A stretch of 60,919 nucleotides of DNA from a virus (lineage: Duplodnaviria > Caudoviricetes), in the IMG/VR virus record IMGVR_UViG_3300042991_000522, positions 1 through 60,919 of that record, one strand, 5' to 3'. This document shows, piece after piece, positions 40,102-49,269 of this stretch. Below the pieces are notes generated by a model, which saw only the letters and a list, made by a program, of their open reading frames with translations, searched no databases and was not told the origin of the DNA. The first letter of the stretch is position 1. Every line of letters begins with the position of its first letter. Made by a program: the position numbers and the translations under genes.

Positions 40102-40461
40102 ATGAAACATTTAAAAACATACGAAGAAAAACAAGAATATGACTTACCTAATGAAACAGATAAAAAATATTGGACACTTCTTGATAAAGATTATAAGCCA
40201 GTTGCAGTATTTGAGCTTGAGGAAATTATAAAAGAAATTAAAAATGGTATTGAAAGAATAACATATATGTTTGAAGGGTTAACAATAGATAAATCTAACA
40301 AATTTAAAGGTGGTAGTTTTGATATAAACCAATTAATTATTGCAGATATTGAGAAAAAAACATTTGAAAAAAAGAAAAAGGATAAAAGATTTAGACTTGC
40401 AAATGAAGAAGAAATTAATACTTATAACATGTTAAGAAATTCAGCAAAATATAATATATGA
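40102..40461 (+). CDS. class A protein
   Basis: MKHLKTYE...AKYNI. Confidence 0.8.
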   Translation: MKHLKTYEEKQEYDLPNETDKKYWTLLDKDYKPVAVFELEEIIKEIKNGIERITYMFEGLTIDKSNKFKGGSFDINQLIIADIEKKTFEKKKKDKRFRLANEEEINTYNMLRNSAKYNI

Positions 40462-40780
40462 AACATTTAAAAACATATGAAATAGTAAATAAATCTAAAT
40501 ATAAAGTAGGTGATTATATATTACATGAAAAACCTTTTTATGGTAGTTTATCTATAAAAGATATAGAGATGGATAGAAGACAAAAAATAATAAAAATTAT
40601 AGAACCAAGATATTATTTGGTAGAAGTTTATAGATTAGATACATTATCAAAAATAAACATAAATCTTGGATGTAGAGAAGACAATATAGAAAGAGAATTA
40701 ACGTCAAAAGAAACAGAAGATTTTAAAATAGAACTAATGGCAGCGAAATATAATATATGAAACATTTAAAAACATACGAA
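40447..40780 (+). repeat. example pair of the class A junction repeat AAATATAATATATGAAACATTTAAAAACATA(T/C)GAA
   Basis: Copies at 40447-40481 and 40746-40780; near copies at 36389 (+) and 10062-10096 (-). Confidence 0.85.
40458..40760 (+). CDS. class A protein, KxGDxV core
   Basis: MKHLKTYE...KVGDYI...AKYNI. Confidence 0.8.
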   Translation: MKHLKTYEIVNKSKYKVGDYILHEKPFYGSLSIKDIEMDRRQKIIKIIEPRYYLVEVYRLDTLSKININLGCREDNIERELTSKETEDFKIELMAAKYNI

Positions 40781-40939
40781 GAACATACAGCGGTTGAATA
40801 CGTTGCTCCAGAAAGAGAACAACCATCTTATAAAAATGAAATTAAGAAAAAGAAAAGAAAAAAACGTGGTGAGTTAGGTACTGTTAATGTATTACCTAAT
40901 CATGTTAAAGATGTGATTTCATTCAAAACTTACGCATAA
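40757..40939 (+). CDS. small basic protein with class A N-terminus only
   Basis: MKHLKTYE, KKKKRKKR, no YNI end. Confidence 0.65.
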   Translation: MKHLKTYEEHTAVEYVAPEREQPSYKNEIKKKKRKKRGELGTVNVLPNHVKDVISFKTYA

Positions 40940-40941
40940 TT

Positions 40942-41427
40942 ATGAAATATATTAAAAAATTTGAAAAAACAGAAGAATTACAAGAATATAAAGGTAAAAT
41001 TTATATTAACAAACCATCAACAAATTATTTCAAAAGTTCTATCGTATTTCAAGTCATTTTTGTGGATAGAGTATATAGCTATACATCAAAAAGTCATAAT
41101 AATGAGTATGATATTTCAAGTGATGTGATAAATATAGAAGGAGAAGATATGATTCAATTTAATAGAAATAGCAATAAAGAATATTTTACATATAACAACA
41201 GCACTCAGACATATAATATAGATGAATTTGAAATGATTAATTTTATGACAGCACAAGAATTTTATAATAAATACAAAAGTTCATATTTACGCATATTAGA
41301 AGAGTTGCTAGATTATTCAGAAAAAAAACTAACAGAATACGGTAGATCTAAAGCTGATAGAATGATTAATAAATTAACAATACCAGATGTTGAACACATA
41401 ATTAGTTCAAGAAAATATAATATCTAA
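40942..41427 (+). CDS. class A protein
   Basis: MKYIKKFE...RKYNI. Confidence 0.8.
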   Translation: MKYIKKFEKTEELQEYKGKIYINKPSTNYFKSSIVFQVIFVDRVYSYTSKSHNNEYDISSDVINIEGEDMIQFNRNSNKEYFTYNNSTQTYNIDEFEMINFMTAQEFYNKYKSSYLRILEELLDYSEKKLTEYGRSKADRMINKLTIPDVEHIISSRKYNI

Positions 41428-41449
41428 TATAATTTATTATATTTGTATT

Positions 41450-41791
41450 ATGGTTATAACAAATTTATTAGATATTATTGAAAATCTTGGTTTCAAATGG
41501 AATGGAACTTGTTATACTTGTGGTTTTTATAGAATTAAAGAAAATAATCATTATTTATATCTTCAAAAATTTAAAGGTTATAAATATAAAAGAGTTGTAT
41601 ATGATGAAATATATTCAATATTTTTAAGAGATGATAAGTATTCGTGGTTTGATTATCATGTTAATGAAGAAGAATTTAATAAATTTAAAAATTCAATAAA
41701 AATTGCTTTAAGAGACACAAAATTAAAAAGAATAGAAGGACATTTTAAACATTCCGAAGAACATTATTCACATTTACATTCAATGCATTAA
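41450..41791 (+). CDS. class B protein, probably near-leaderless
   Basis: RDTKLKRI; TATATTTG at 41438-41445, 4 nt before ATG. Confidence 0.7.
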   Translation: MVITNLLDIIENLGFKWNGTCYTCGFYRIKENNHYLYLQKFKGYKYKRVVYDEIYSIFLRDDKYSWFDYHVNEEEFNKFKNSIKIALRDTKLKRIEGHFKHSEEHYSHLHSMH

Positions 41792-41823
41792 ATTTTAAAT
41801 ATTAATCTTTTATATATAATCAT

Positions 41824-42384
41824 ATGAAATATATTAAATCATATGAAAGCATAAGAGATGAATATCCAGGTATGTTTCCACCAAAAAAGGAAGAAGATAT
41901 ACCACAAACTGTACCAGGCTTTGAACTTGGTACAATAGATCCAGATGATAATGAGCCTTATAATTTTAAAGGAGATGGTCATATAGAAAAATCCGATGCC
42001 GAATCTTATAAAACATTTTTAAAAGTAACTAAAGAAAGAAATTTTATAGAAACTTCAACAGAAATTAAAATAAATATCAAAAGATTATATCAAGATTATT
42101 ATATGTCTATATATAATTATCATAAGCATTTTAGAAAATTTTTAAATGATGAACTATTAGGTAAATATGTTTCTGATGGTTTCTTTTCAATATTTACGAA
42201 TGATAATAATGAACCAGATAAATTTTTTCAAGGTGTAATTGAAAGAATTTATATAATTTTTCAGGAAGACTATGCATTTATTAATTTTAAATTAAAAAAT
42301 CAAGAATATTCAGAAGATAATATGTGTGGAGATTTTATAACTATTGATAAAATTAAATCAACAGCAAATCAATATAACATATAA
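41824..42384 (+). CDS. class A protein
   Basis: MKYIKSYE...NQYNI. Confidence 0.8.
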   Translation: MKYIKSYESIRDEYPGMFPPKKEEDIPQTVPGFELGTIDPDDNEPYNFKGDGHIEKSDAESYKTFLKVTKERNFIETSTEIKINIKRLYQDYYMSIYNYHKHFRKFLNDELLGKYVSDGFFSIFTNDNNEPDKFFQGVIERIYIIFQEDYAFINFKLKNQEYSEDNMCGDFITIDKIKSTANQYNI

Positions 42385-42390
42385 TAATTA

Positions 42391-42618
42391 TTATTTACTA
42401 AATAATTTATCAAGCTTACTTTTTCTAATAAGTTTTACACCATATTTAAATCTTTTCAAATTATAATATATATCAGAATCTTCAATTAAAATTAGAATAT
42501 CATTTCCTCTATGATAAACTTCTGAAATTTTATATTCTTTACCTATTTCTAATTCATAGATACTATGCGCTTTGTCATGTTTTAATATAACAGTGTCTCC
42601 TACATTAACAATTTCCAT
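42391..42618 (-). CDS. class B small protein, KxGDxV core
   Basis: NVGDTV...RKSKLDKL. Confidence 0.75.
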   Translation of the reverse strand: MEIVNVGDTVILKHDKAHSIYELEIGKEYKISEVYHRGNDILILIEDSDIYYNLKRFKYGVKLIRKSKLDKLFSK

Positions 42619-42653
42619 ATTTACATATATTAAAATTAAAAAATATGTAATTT

Positions 42654-43508
42654 TTAATCACTTTTATTTTTTCTAAAATTAAATTGAAATATGTCATAAT
42701 GTACACCAACGCCAGCATTAAATCCAAAATGTGCAGGATTGCTACCACTAATAGTAACTCCATAACCTACATATGGTCCAATACCCCACCTTTTTGGTAC
42801 TTTATTTGGTGGTACAATTTGTTTATTAATAAAATATCCACCAGTTAAATCTGTGAATGTAATTTTCTTTGATTGTGATATTGCAAAAACTTGGTACTTA
42901 TCATTTAGTTCTTTAAATCCATATGTTATTTTAATGTTACTACTAAGTGTATCAATTTGTGTTGAATCTGGTGTTATTGTCCATTTATTTGTTAAATTAT
43001 TAGGCGTAACATAAAACTTACTAATACCAGATAATTTAGCTTCAAATCCAGGATCAATATAATTTTTATTAAATCTTAGCCCATAATAATTTGTTGTTGG
43101 ATTTAAAACTAATAATTCATTAGGAAGTGTTAATCCACCTAAGTCTGTTTTTGCTTCTGTTTTAATTGCAGCCAAAACATCACCTTTTACATTTTCTAAT
43201 TGTTTAGCTAATTGTTTATCGTATTTTTCTAATTCTTCTAATTTATCTAAAACATAATTATCTTTTGTAGATTCCCATGCTTTTAATTTTTTGTCAAATA
43301 CAGTAGAAATACTATCGGTCACCGCTCTAATATTTTGTTCATTCATTTTTTGATAAAATTCCATATTCTTTCTTTCAGTTACCAAATTAGTATAAGTTCT
43401 AAATAAAAGAAAACCTAATACAATTACAATTGCTGAAAATATAAGAATCACCTTTAACAATATGCTATTGCTCATAATTGCTGATAAAAAACCATTATTT
43501 GTTGCCAT
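42654..43508 (-). CDS. membrane-anchored coiled-coil protein with C-terminal beta-hairpin (possibly spanin-like)
   Basis: N-terminal TM, coiled coil, KRWGIGPYVGYG...GVGVHY. Confidence 0.55.
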   Translation of the reverse strand: MATNNGFLSAIMSNSILLKVILIFSAIVIVLGFLLFRTYTNLVTERKNMEFYQKMNEQNIRAVTDSISTVFDKKLKAWESTKDNYVLDKLEELEKYDKQLAKQLENVKGDVLAAIKTEAKTDLGGLTLPNELLVLNPTTNYYGLRFNKNYIDPGFEAKLSGISKFYVTPNNLTNKWTITPDSTQIDTLSSNIKITYGFKELNDKYQVFAISQSKKITFTDLTGGYFINKQIVPPNKVPKRWGIGPYVGYGVTISGSNPAHFGFNAGVGVHYDIFQFNFRKNKSD

Positions 43509-43588
43509 AATTTTAATTTTTATTAATATTTATCTAATATAAACATTAAATATAAAAAAGTTTTTTAAATCTACAAAAATTTTTAAGA

Positions 43589-44953
43589 TTATTTTCTAAC
43601 TATGAAGTTTTTAGGCTTGATTTGATATTTTAAATATTCAACACCATTCTTTAAACCATAGTGGAATGTACCACCATACCAATTACCTACAAATATACCA
43701 CCATAAAAATGTCCATCATACCAATTAGCATTTGATGAACCAGAAGAACTATCATAATTACATTCAATAAAACCAGCTAATGAGCATCCTGAATAGCCAT
43801 CCTCATCAATTTCACCACCAATATAGCAATTATTAATTGTTCCATGACCAAAATAACCATCGTTCCAATAACCATTATACCAATTAGAATTATACATATT
43901 ACCTTCTGTATATACACCATAATTCCAAGTTATATTATAAGCATCACAATTAGTAAAAACGCCATTGTGTACTATGATAGAATCAAAATAACATTTATTA
44001 AAAATACCATTGTGTATAATTGTATCCACATTAACTATATCACAATTTATATATTGTCCATTATATATATCACCTTTACGAAAAATACTATCATTGTATA
44101 TACCATTATGAAAATGACCATCATTAACAATTAAATTATATCCATCCATATATAAAACAACAGCATCATTTATAGTACAATCATAAAATCTTCCACCGTT
44201 AATAGTAGTACCACTATATATTGTACAACCTGAAAAATTACCACCATTGATAGTACCACCACTTATAGTAGAATTTATCATATCTCCGCCATTAAAAATA
44301 CCATCCAAAAATAGACTATCACTAAATATTCCATCGTTAAATGTTCCACTCTCAAATATACAACCATCTCTAAATTCAGCATATCTAACTAGTCCGTGTT
44401 TCCAGGTTATTCCACTAAATATTCCACCATTTGCAACGCCATTATACCATATGGCAGGTGGCATAAATGTACCTCCATTAAATGTACCATTAAGCCAACC
44501 AGATGGATTATCAAATATACCACCATTCCAAGCACCGCCATTCCAAGCAGCATTAAAATCTAAATTACCATTAGGATTTTCAACATAACCACTCTCCCAT
44601 ATATTATTAGATGTTATTATACAATTATAAAATTTACCACCTCTAATAATATAACCTGAAATAGTACAACCACTAAAATATCCGTTATTAATATAGTGTG
44701 TAATTCCAGATAAACCAGTCAATTCACTATTAATAAATCTACCATTTTCAACATTACAATTTGTTAATATACAATTTAAAACTGTGTTATAATAAACTTT
44801 ATTTGTTGTTTGTACAGATGATGTACTAGACACATTAGTATATGTAGAATTATAATTTTCTTTTGTTAATATAGTTTTAGTATTTATGTATTTATTTTCA
44901 AATGTTAATCCATAAGCATTTGAATATGCTAGCACACCTTGAGTTATTATCAT
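43589..44953 (-). CDS. Gly-aromatic pentapeptide-repeat (beta-helix-like) protein
   Basis: dozens of xxGxF/W units (WNGGAWNGGIF, NGTFNGGTF, WYNGYWNDGYF). Confidence 0.75.
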   Translation of the reverse strand: MIITQGVLAYSNAYGLTFENKYINTKTILTKENYNSTYTNVSSTSSVQTTNKVYYNTVLNCILTNCNVENGRFINSELTGLSGITHYINNGYFSGCTISGYIIRGGKFYNCIITSNNIWESGYVENPNGNLDFNAAWNGGAWNGGIFDNPSGWLNGTFNGGTFMPPAIWYNGVANGGIFSGITWKHGLVRYAEFRDGCIFESGTFNDGIFSDSLFLDGIFNGGDMINSTISGGTINGGNFSGCTIYSGTTINGGRFYDCTINDAVVLYMDGYNLIVNDGHFHNGIYNDSIFRKGDIYNGQYINCDIVNVDTIIHNGIFNKCYFDSIIVHNGVFTNCDAYNITWNYGVYTEGNMYNSNWYNGYWNDGYFGHGTINNCYIGGEIDEDGYSGCSLAGFIECNYDSSSGSSNANWYDGHFYGGIFVGNWYGGTFHYGLKNGVEYLKYQIKPKNFIVRK

Positions 44954-45039
44954 TTATATTATTTACTTTTTCATTCTTATATATAAAAATTTTATTACTC
45001 ACTTATATTTTTAATTGGTATTATTTTATATATAACAAT

Positions 45040-45345
45040 ATGGATATATCTAATAAAAAAGAATTATTAAAATCTGCACTTATTCAATCCTTTGTTGATA
45101 GTCATGATATATATATGAATGCTATTAATTTTATAAATAGTGATTTAGAGTTATATAATATTAATTTTAAATATACTTATGATAATTTTTGTATAGATTT
45201 TTTAAATTATGCATTATCTAATATTGAAAAGAATGATATTTTCAATGAAACAAATATTGATAATTTCTACTATAAATTTTGCCAGTTTAATTTAAAAATT
45301 TTTGAGGATATGTTGAATGAAAAAATAGATAATTATAGAAAATAA
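45040..45345 (+). CDS. hypothetical protein (start revised to MDISNKK)
   Basis: ATG 45040 follows TATATAA; the 44902 start overlaps the opposite gene. Confidence 0.6.
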   Translation: MDISNKKELLKSALIQSFVDSHDIYMNAINFINSDLELYNINFKYTYDNFCIDFLNYALSNIEKNDIFNETNIDNFYYKFCQFNLKIFEDMLNEKIDNYRK

Positions 45346-45447
45346 AATCTATAAAAAATATTTTTTTGGACAGTAGGAGGGAGGATAAAGTGTTGATATA
45401 AAAACTTTTAACAATATATTAAAATTATAAAAATAAACAACTATAAA

Positions 45448-45789
45448 ATGAAAATTAAACCTATAAACAAATTTTTAAAAGCGTTTTTAAAACCAACAGT
45501 TGCTGGTATAACATTATGCCCTTTTGGAATTTATGTCAAAGAGGAATATCTTAATGATTTAAATTCTGAATTAATAAATCACGAAAAAATACATTGGAAA
45601 CAACAATTAGAAATGTTGGTTATACCATTTTATATATGGTATTTAGTGGAGTATTCAATAAGATATTTTAAATCACCTAGAACAGCATATAAAAATATAT
45701 CTTTTGAAAAGGAAGCATTTGATAATGATCAAAATTTAGAATATTTAAAATCAAGAAAAAAATATTCTTGGATAAAATATTTAAAATAA
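45448..45789 (+). CDS. HExxH zincin-like small protein
   Basis: GITLCPFG, NHEKIHWKQQLE, ISFEKEA. Confidence 0.75.
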   Translation: MKIKPINKFLKAFLKPTVAGITLCPFGIYVKEEYLNDLNSELINHEKIHWKQQLEMLVIPFYIWYLVEYSIRYFKSPRTAYKNISFEKEAFDNDQNLEYLKSRKKYSWIKYLK

Positions 45790-45891
45790 TAAAAACTTTT
45801 TTTTTATATATACTATAACTTATAAATGTTTTAAGGCTTAAATGTGTTTTAAAATATAAGGCTTAAAGGCTTCAAAAATTAATTAAAGGCA

Positions 45892-46833
45892 ATGAAAGAA
45901 TTTGAAAATGTTGATATTTTCGACAGTATCGACGCTCAGAGTGAAACACTCGATTTTTTAGAAAAAAAAGGTGGTAGTTTAGATGGTATTTACAGACCAA
46001 AAATAACCGACAAGAAAAAGGGTTATGTCTCAACTATTAGATTCTTACCAAATCTATCAAAAGAAGGTAAAGTATTACAAGCAGCAATTGAAAAACATCA
46101 ACATTATGTTGATTTTAAAAATCATCCTGAATTAGCAGGTTATTATGACTGCATAAAAAACTTTACAGACAAATGTGATTTTTGCACAATGTATTGGAAA
46201 TTGAGAAATTCAAAAAATGCATCTGATGTAGAAAAAGCAGAACTTATTAGTAGAAGTACTAAATACTATTCTTACATTTTAGTTGTAGAAGATGAACAAA
46301 ATCGTGAATTAGAAGGTAAGATATTAATTTATCCATATGGATATAAAATTAAAGAGAAAATTAAAGACCAAAAAGATGGAATGGCAGGTGATCCTTGTAA
46401 TGTTTTTGACTTAGCTAATGGTAAAAATTTTAAACTTGTAATGAAACAACTTGGAGATTTTCCAAATTATGATTCAAGTACATTTATGGAAGTTTCTCCA
46501 TTATCAATTCAAGGACATAAAGTTCCAGTAGAAGTTGATCCAAAAACTGGTAAAAATAAAATTACCAACACTAAGGTTAAAGATAAAATTACTAAATTTT
46601 TATTAGACAGAACTGTTGATTTAGAAGATCATATGGCTAAAGAATGGACTGCAGAAGATAAATATAAAGTATCACAAATTCTTGAAATTCTCTCTGGTGC
46701 AGATGTCCACACATCAAAACGTGAAGTAACAAAATCTTCTTCTGATAATTTATTAAAAGATATGGATGAAGATGAATCAACATTTGGTGAAACAGATGAT
46801 GCCGAAGATTTCTTCGAACTTGATGACAATTGA
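45892..46833 (+). CDS. single-stranded DNA-binding protein, T4 gp32-like
   Basis: IRFLP, Cys/His Zn site, YGYKIKEKI, FDLANGKNFKL, NYDSS, acidic tail. Confidence 0.85.
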   Translation: MKEFENVDIFDSIDAQSETLDFLEKKGGSLDGIYRPKITDKKKGYVSTIRFLPNLSKEGKVLQAAIEKHQHYVDFKNHPELAGYYDCIKNFTDKCDFCTMYWKLRNSKNASDVEKAELISRSTKYYSYILVVEDEQNRELEGKILIYPYGYKIKEKIKDQKDGMAGDPCNVFDLANGKNFKLVMKQLGDFPNYDSSTFMEVSPLSIQGHKVPVEVDPKTGKNKITNTKVKDKITKFLLDRTVDLEDHMAKEWTAEDKYKVSQILEILSGADVHTSKREVTKSSSDNLLKDMDEDESTFGETDDAEDFFELDDN

Positions 46834-46841
46834 TTTGATAA

Positions 46842-47753
46842 TCAAGTATTTACAAAAAAACTATAATCTTTATTGATTATAAATTTAAAATCGAAGCCAC
46901 TATTTATAGTGGCTTCTTTTTTTGCTTCATTTTTTTCTTTATCTCGTTCATAAATATATAATGATTTTATTTCAATTACCATATTTAATTTTCTAATAAA
47001 AAAATCTGGAAAATATTTTCTATTTTTCCCATCAAAAAAATAGTTAATAGTACCATTAAAATTTTCAATTTCTATATTATGTATTAAACAATAATCTATA
47101 AAATCTTTTTCATATGTTCCTCTATAATGCAGTCCACTAATATGATGTTTTTGTATATATCCAGAATGTTGTTTTTTATGTATTTCAAATGATTTTGATG
47201 GGCTTGTAACACCATAATTCTTAAAACACGTTTCTTCCTTTTTCAGTTTAATCTTAGATGATTTTGATGGATTTGAGACACCATAATTTTTAAGACAAGT
47301 TTCTTCCTTTTTTAATTTAATTTTAGATGATTTTGATGGATTTGAGAAACCATATTTATCTATCATAAATTTTTCATATTCTTCTGTTTTAAAAAAATAA
47401 TTATTACCATTTTCTATCATTGTTTTTTTAACTTTTTCTTTAACTTTTTCGTTTTTAGAAACATTATCAGTACCATATTTTTTTAGACATGTATTTTTTC
47501 TTTTCTCTAAATTACATATTTTACAAGTATAAATACCATCTTTACTAATATATTTACAATAATTATTATATTTAATTTCTTTCTCATTACCACAAATATC
47601 ACAAGCACATAATACTTTAAGATGACTGTATTTACTTAATTTATCTATAGTTAATTCTATATTATCATGTTGTTTAACGTTAAACCCCATTTCTTTATAT
47701 TTTTTAACCATTTTACCATTTACTTTTAAACTAATCGTTTTTGTTAATATCAT
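46842..47753 (-). CDS. putative homing endonuclease, paralogue of 28138..29289
   Basis: CDICG, KNYGVSNPSKS repeats, YRGTYE, YFPDFF..VIEIKS. Confidence 0.7.
   Translation of the reverse strand: MILTKTISLKVNGKMVKKYKEMGFNVKQHDNIELTIDKLSKYSHLKVLCACDICGNEKEIKYNNYCKYISKDGIYTCKICNLEKRKNTCLKKYGTDNVSKNEKVKEKVKKTMIENGNNYFFKTEEYEKFMIDKYGFSNPSKSSKIKLKKEETCLKNYGVSNPSKSSKIKLKKEETCFKNYGVTSPSKSFEIHKKQHSGYIQKHHISGLHYRGTYEKDFIDYCLIHNIEIENFNGTINYFFDGKNRKYFPDFFIRKLNMVIEIKSLYIYERDKEKNEAKKEATINSGFDFKFIINKDYSFFVNT
46893..46924 (+). terminator. intrinsic terminator of the gp32-like gene, inside the antisense endonuclease ORF
   Basis: GAAGCCACTAT-tt-ATAGTGGCTTC followed by a T-run. Confidence 0.7.
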
Positions 47754-47816
47754 ACTTTTTTATTTGTATATATTAAAAATGTTAGGTCAAAAAAGTCATC
47801 AGAAATTATAAATAAG

Positions 47817-47868
47817 AAAAAGACCATTTTACTATTGTTTCACGTGAAACATAGTAAATGGTCTTTTT
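47817..47868. terminator. long hairpin terminator downstream of 47892..48338
   Basis: AAAAAGACCATTTTACTAT...ATAGTAAATGGTCTTTTT. Confidence 0.7.
47836..47851. other. parS: parS centromere-like site
   Basis: Perfect palindrome TGTTTCACGTGAAACA, the canonical bacterial parS. Confidence 0.7.
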
Positions 47869-47891
47869 TATTACTCTTTTAATTTAAAACG

Positions 47892-48338
47892 TTATGTAGT
47901 AATCGTAATTGGCACTGTCACTGCTGCTACTACATCTGGATGTCTTACTATAACACTTGATGAACCTGCTGGTCCTACTAATGTAACTAATCCAACATAA
48001 TTAACAACTGTTACACTTGCTGTTGTTCCTGAGAATGTACATTCTGTTGTAACATTAACAGCATTTTGATCAGTAACTGTTATTTGAAAAGTTGAACCTG
48101 ATGCTGCTGTACGTCCTGTTGGTGAAACTGTTATAGCTGTGGTATAAGAATTTTCAATTATAATACCAGATGGGTTTAAAGGATCTCTTCCAGTCCAGCC
48201 TGATAATTTTTTTAAATTTCCTGAAGTATCAGTAAAATGGTAAAAATAATCTGATGTTAAACTATCAACACTATCTACGCCTGAAAAACTTTGGTTATTT
48301 GAGTAAAAAGAATCATTCATTAATTTTTTTGCTTTCAT
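47892..48338 (-). CDS. Ig-like domain protein (probable virion protein)
   Basis: Thr/Val-rich TAITVSP...FQITVTDQ...VATVPITITT-like C-terminal half. Confidence 0.6.
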   Translation of the reverse strand: MKAKKLMNDSFYSNNQSFSGVDSVDSLTSDYFYHFTDTSGNLKKLSGWTGRDPLNPSGIIIENSYTTAITVSPTGRTAASGSTFQITVTDQNAVNVTTECTFSGTTASVTVVNYVGLVTLVGPAGSSSVIVRHPDVVAAVTVPITITT

Positions 48339-48450
48339 TTTTCTATAATTATTTTTTAAAATATATCTTTATATATTAAAATAAAAATATGATTTTTTAA
48401 TTTTATTTAAAATATATTTTTATTTTTTTTATATATATAAAATAATAAAT

Positions 48451-49269
48451 ATGAAATTTTTACAAACATACAAATTATTTGAAAAATCATCACTAATAAA
48501 TATTGGTGTACCATATATAGTTATGCAAGACATTCAAAAAAATTATAATATATCATCAAATGCTCAATGGGAAAAAATAAATAAGCTTTCTTATGAAAAT
48601 TTATTTATATCTATTTGCAATGATAATATAGATATTATATTTAATGATGATGATGAATATTACATTCAAAGTTATATACTATTAAATAAAGATGATTTTG
48701 GTACAGAAGAATGGAAAAAATTGAAAAAATCAAAAATGACAATAGGAAATGTAATTGATAAAATTAAAACATGTACATCATATAAATTAGTATCTGGAGA
48801 TTGGAATATTAATAAAAAACCGAATAATCCTCACCAAAAAATAGAAGAAATTACAAACAACTTTAAATTAGATTTTATTAAAAATTTTAATAAAATAGTA
48901 AAAAAATTATATGGTGATAAAGCAAATAAAATATCAAATGATATTATTAATAATTTAAAAGATGTTAAAAAAGGAATCACAAAAGATGAGATAGTTGATA
49001 TATTTTTAAAAAGTACAGAAAAAGTTAAAGAAATAGAATATTATAAAAATAAAGCAAAATCAAATGATCCATATAATATGTCAGATAATACTATTAAATC
49101 AAATTCTTTAGCTATATTTGATGAATATTTAATAAGTTTTGAAAATGCATATTCAGAAAAATATGATGAATATTTAAATATACCAATAATGATAAAAAAA
49201 TATGATAGAGATAAAATTATGAGAGCGTTTTGTTATTATCTATATTCAGGTGCTTTAATAAATTTATAA
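48451..49269 (+). CDS. hypothetical protein with class A-type N-terminus
   Basis: MKFLQTYKLFE; TATATATAA upstream. Confidence 0.7.
   Translation: MKFLQTYKLFEKSSLINIGVPYIVMQDIQKNYNISSNAQWEKINKLSYENLFISICNDNIDIIFNDDDEYYIQSYILLNKDDFGTEEWKKLKKSKMTIGNVIDKIKTCTSYKLVSGDWNINKKPNNPHQKIEEITNNFKLDFIKNFNKIVKKLYGDKANKISNDIINNLKDVKKGITKDEIVDIFLKSTEKVKEIEYYKNKAKSNDPYNMSDNTIKSNSLAIFDEYLISFENAYSEKYDEYLNIPIMIKKYDRDKIMRAFCYYLYSGALINL

Noticed and set aside
36053-41427. CRISPR array interpretation of the regularly recurring junction repeat
   Set aside because: Intervals are 180-600 bp open reading frames, repeats are degenerate and coding, and no cas genes are present
1033-42384. Diversity-generating retroelement as the source of variation
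   Set aside because: No reverse transcriptase and no template/variable repeat pair differing only at adenines was seen
45372-45386. AGGAGGGAGG Shine-Dalgarno-like island
   Set aside because: The following GTG opens only three codons and other genes here lack SD sequences; no function supportable
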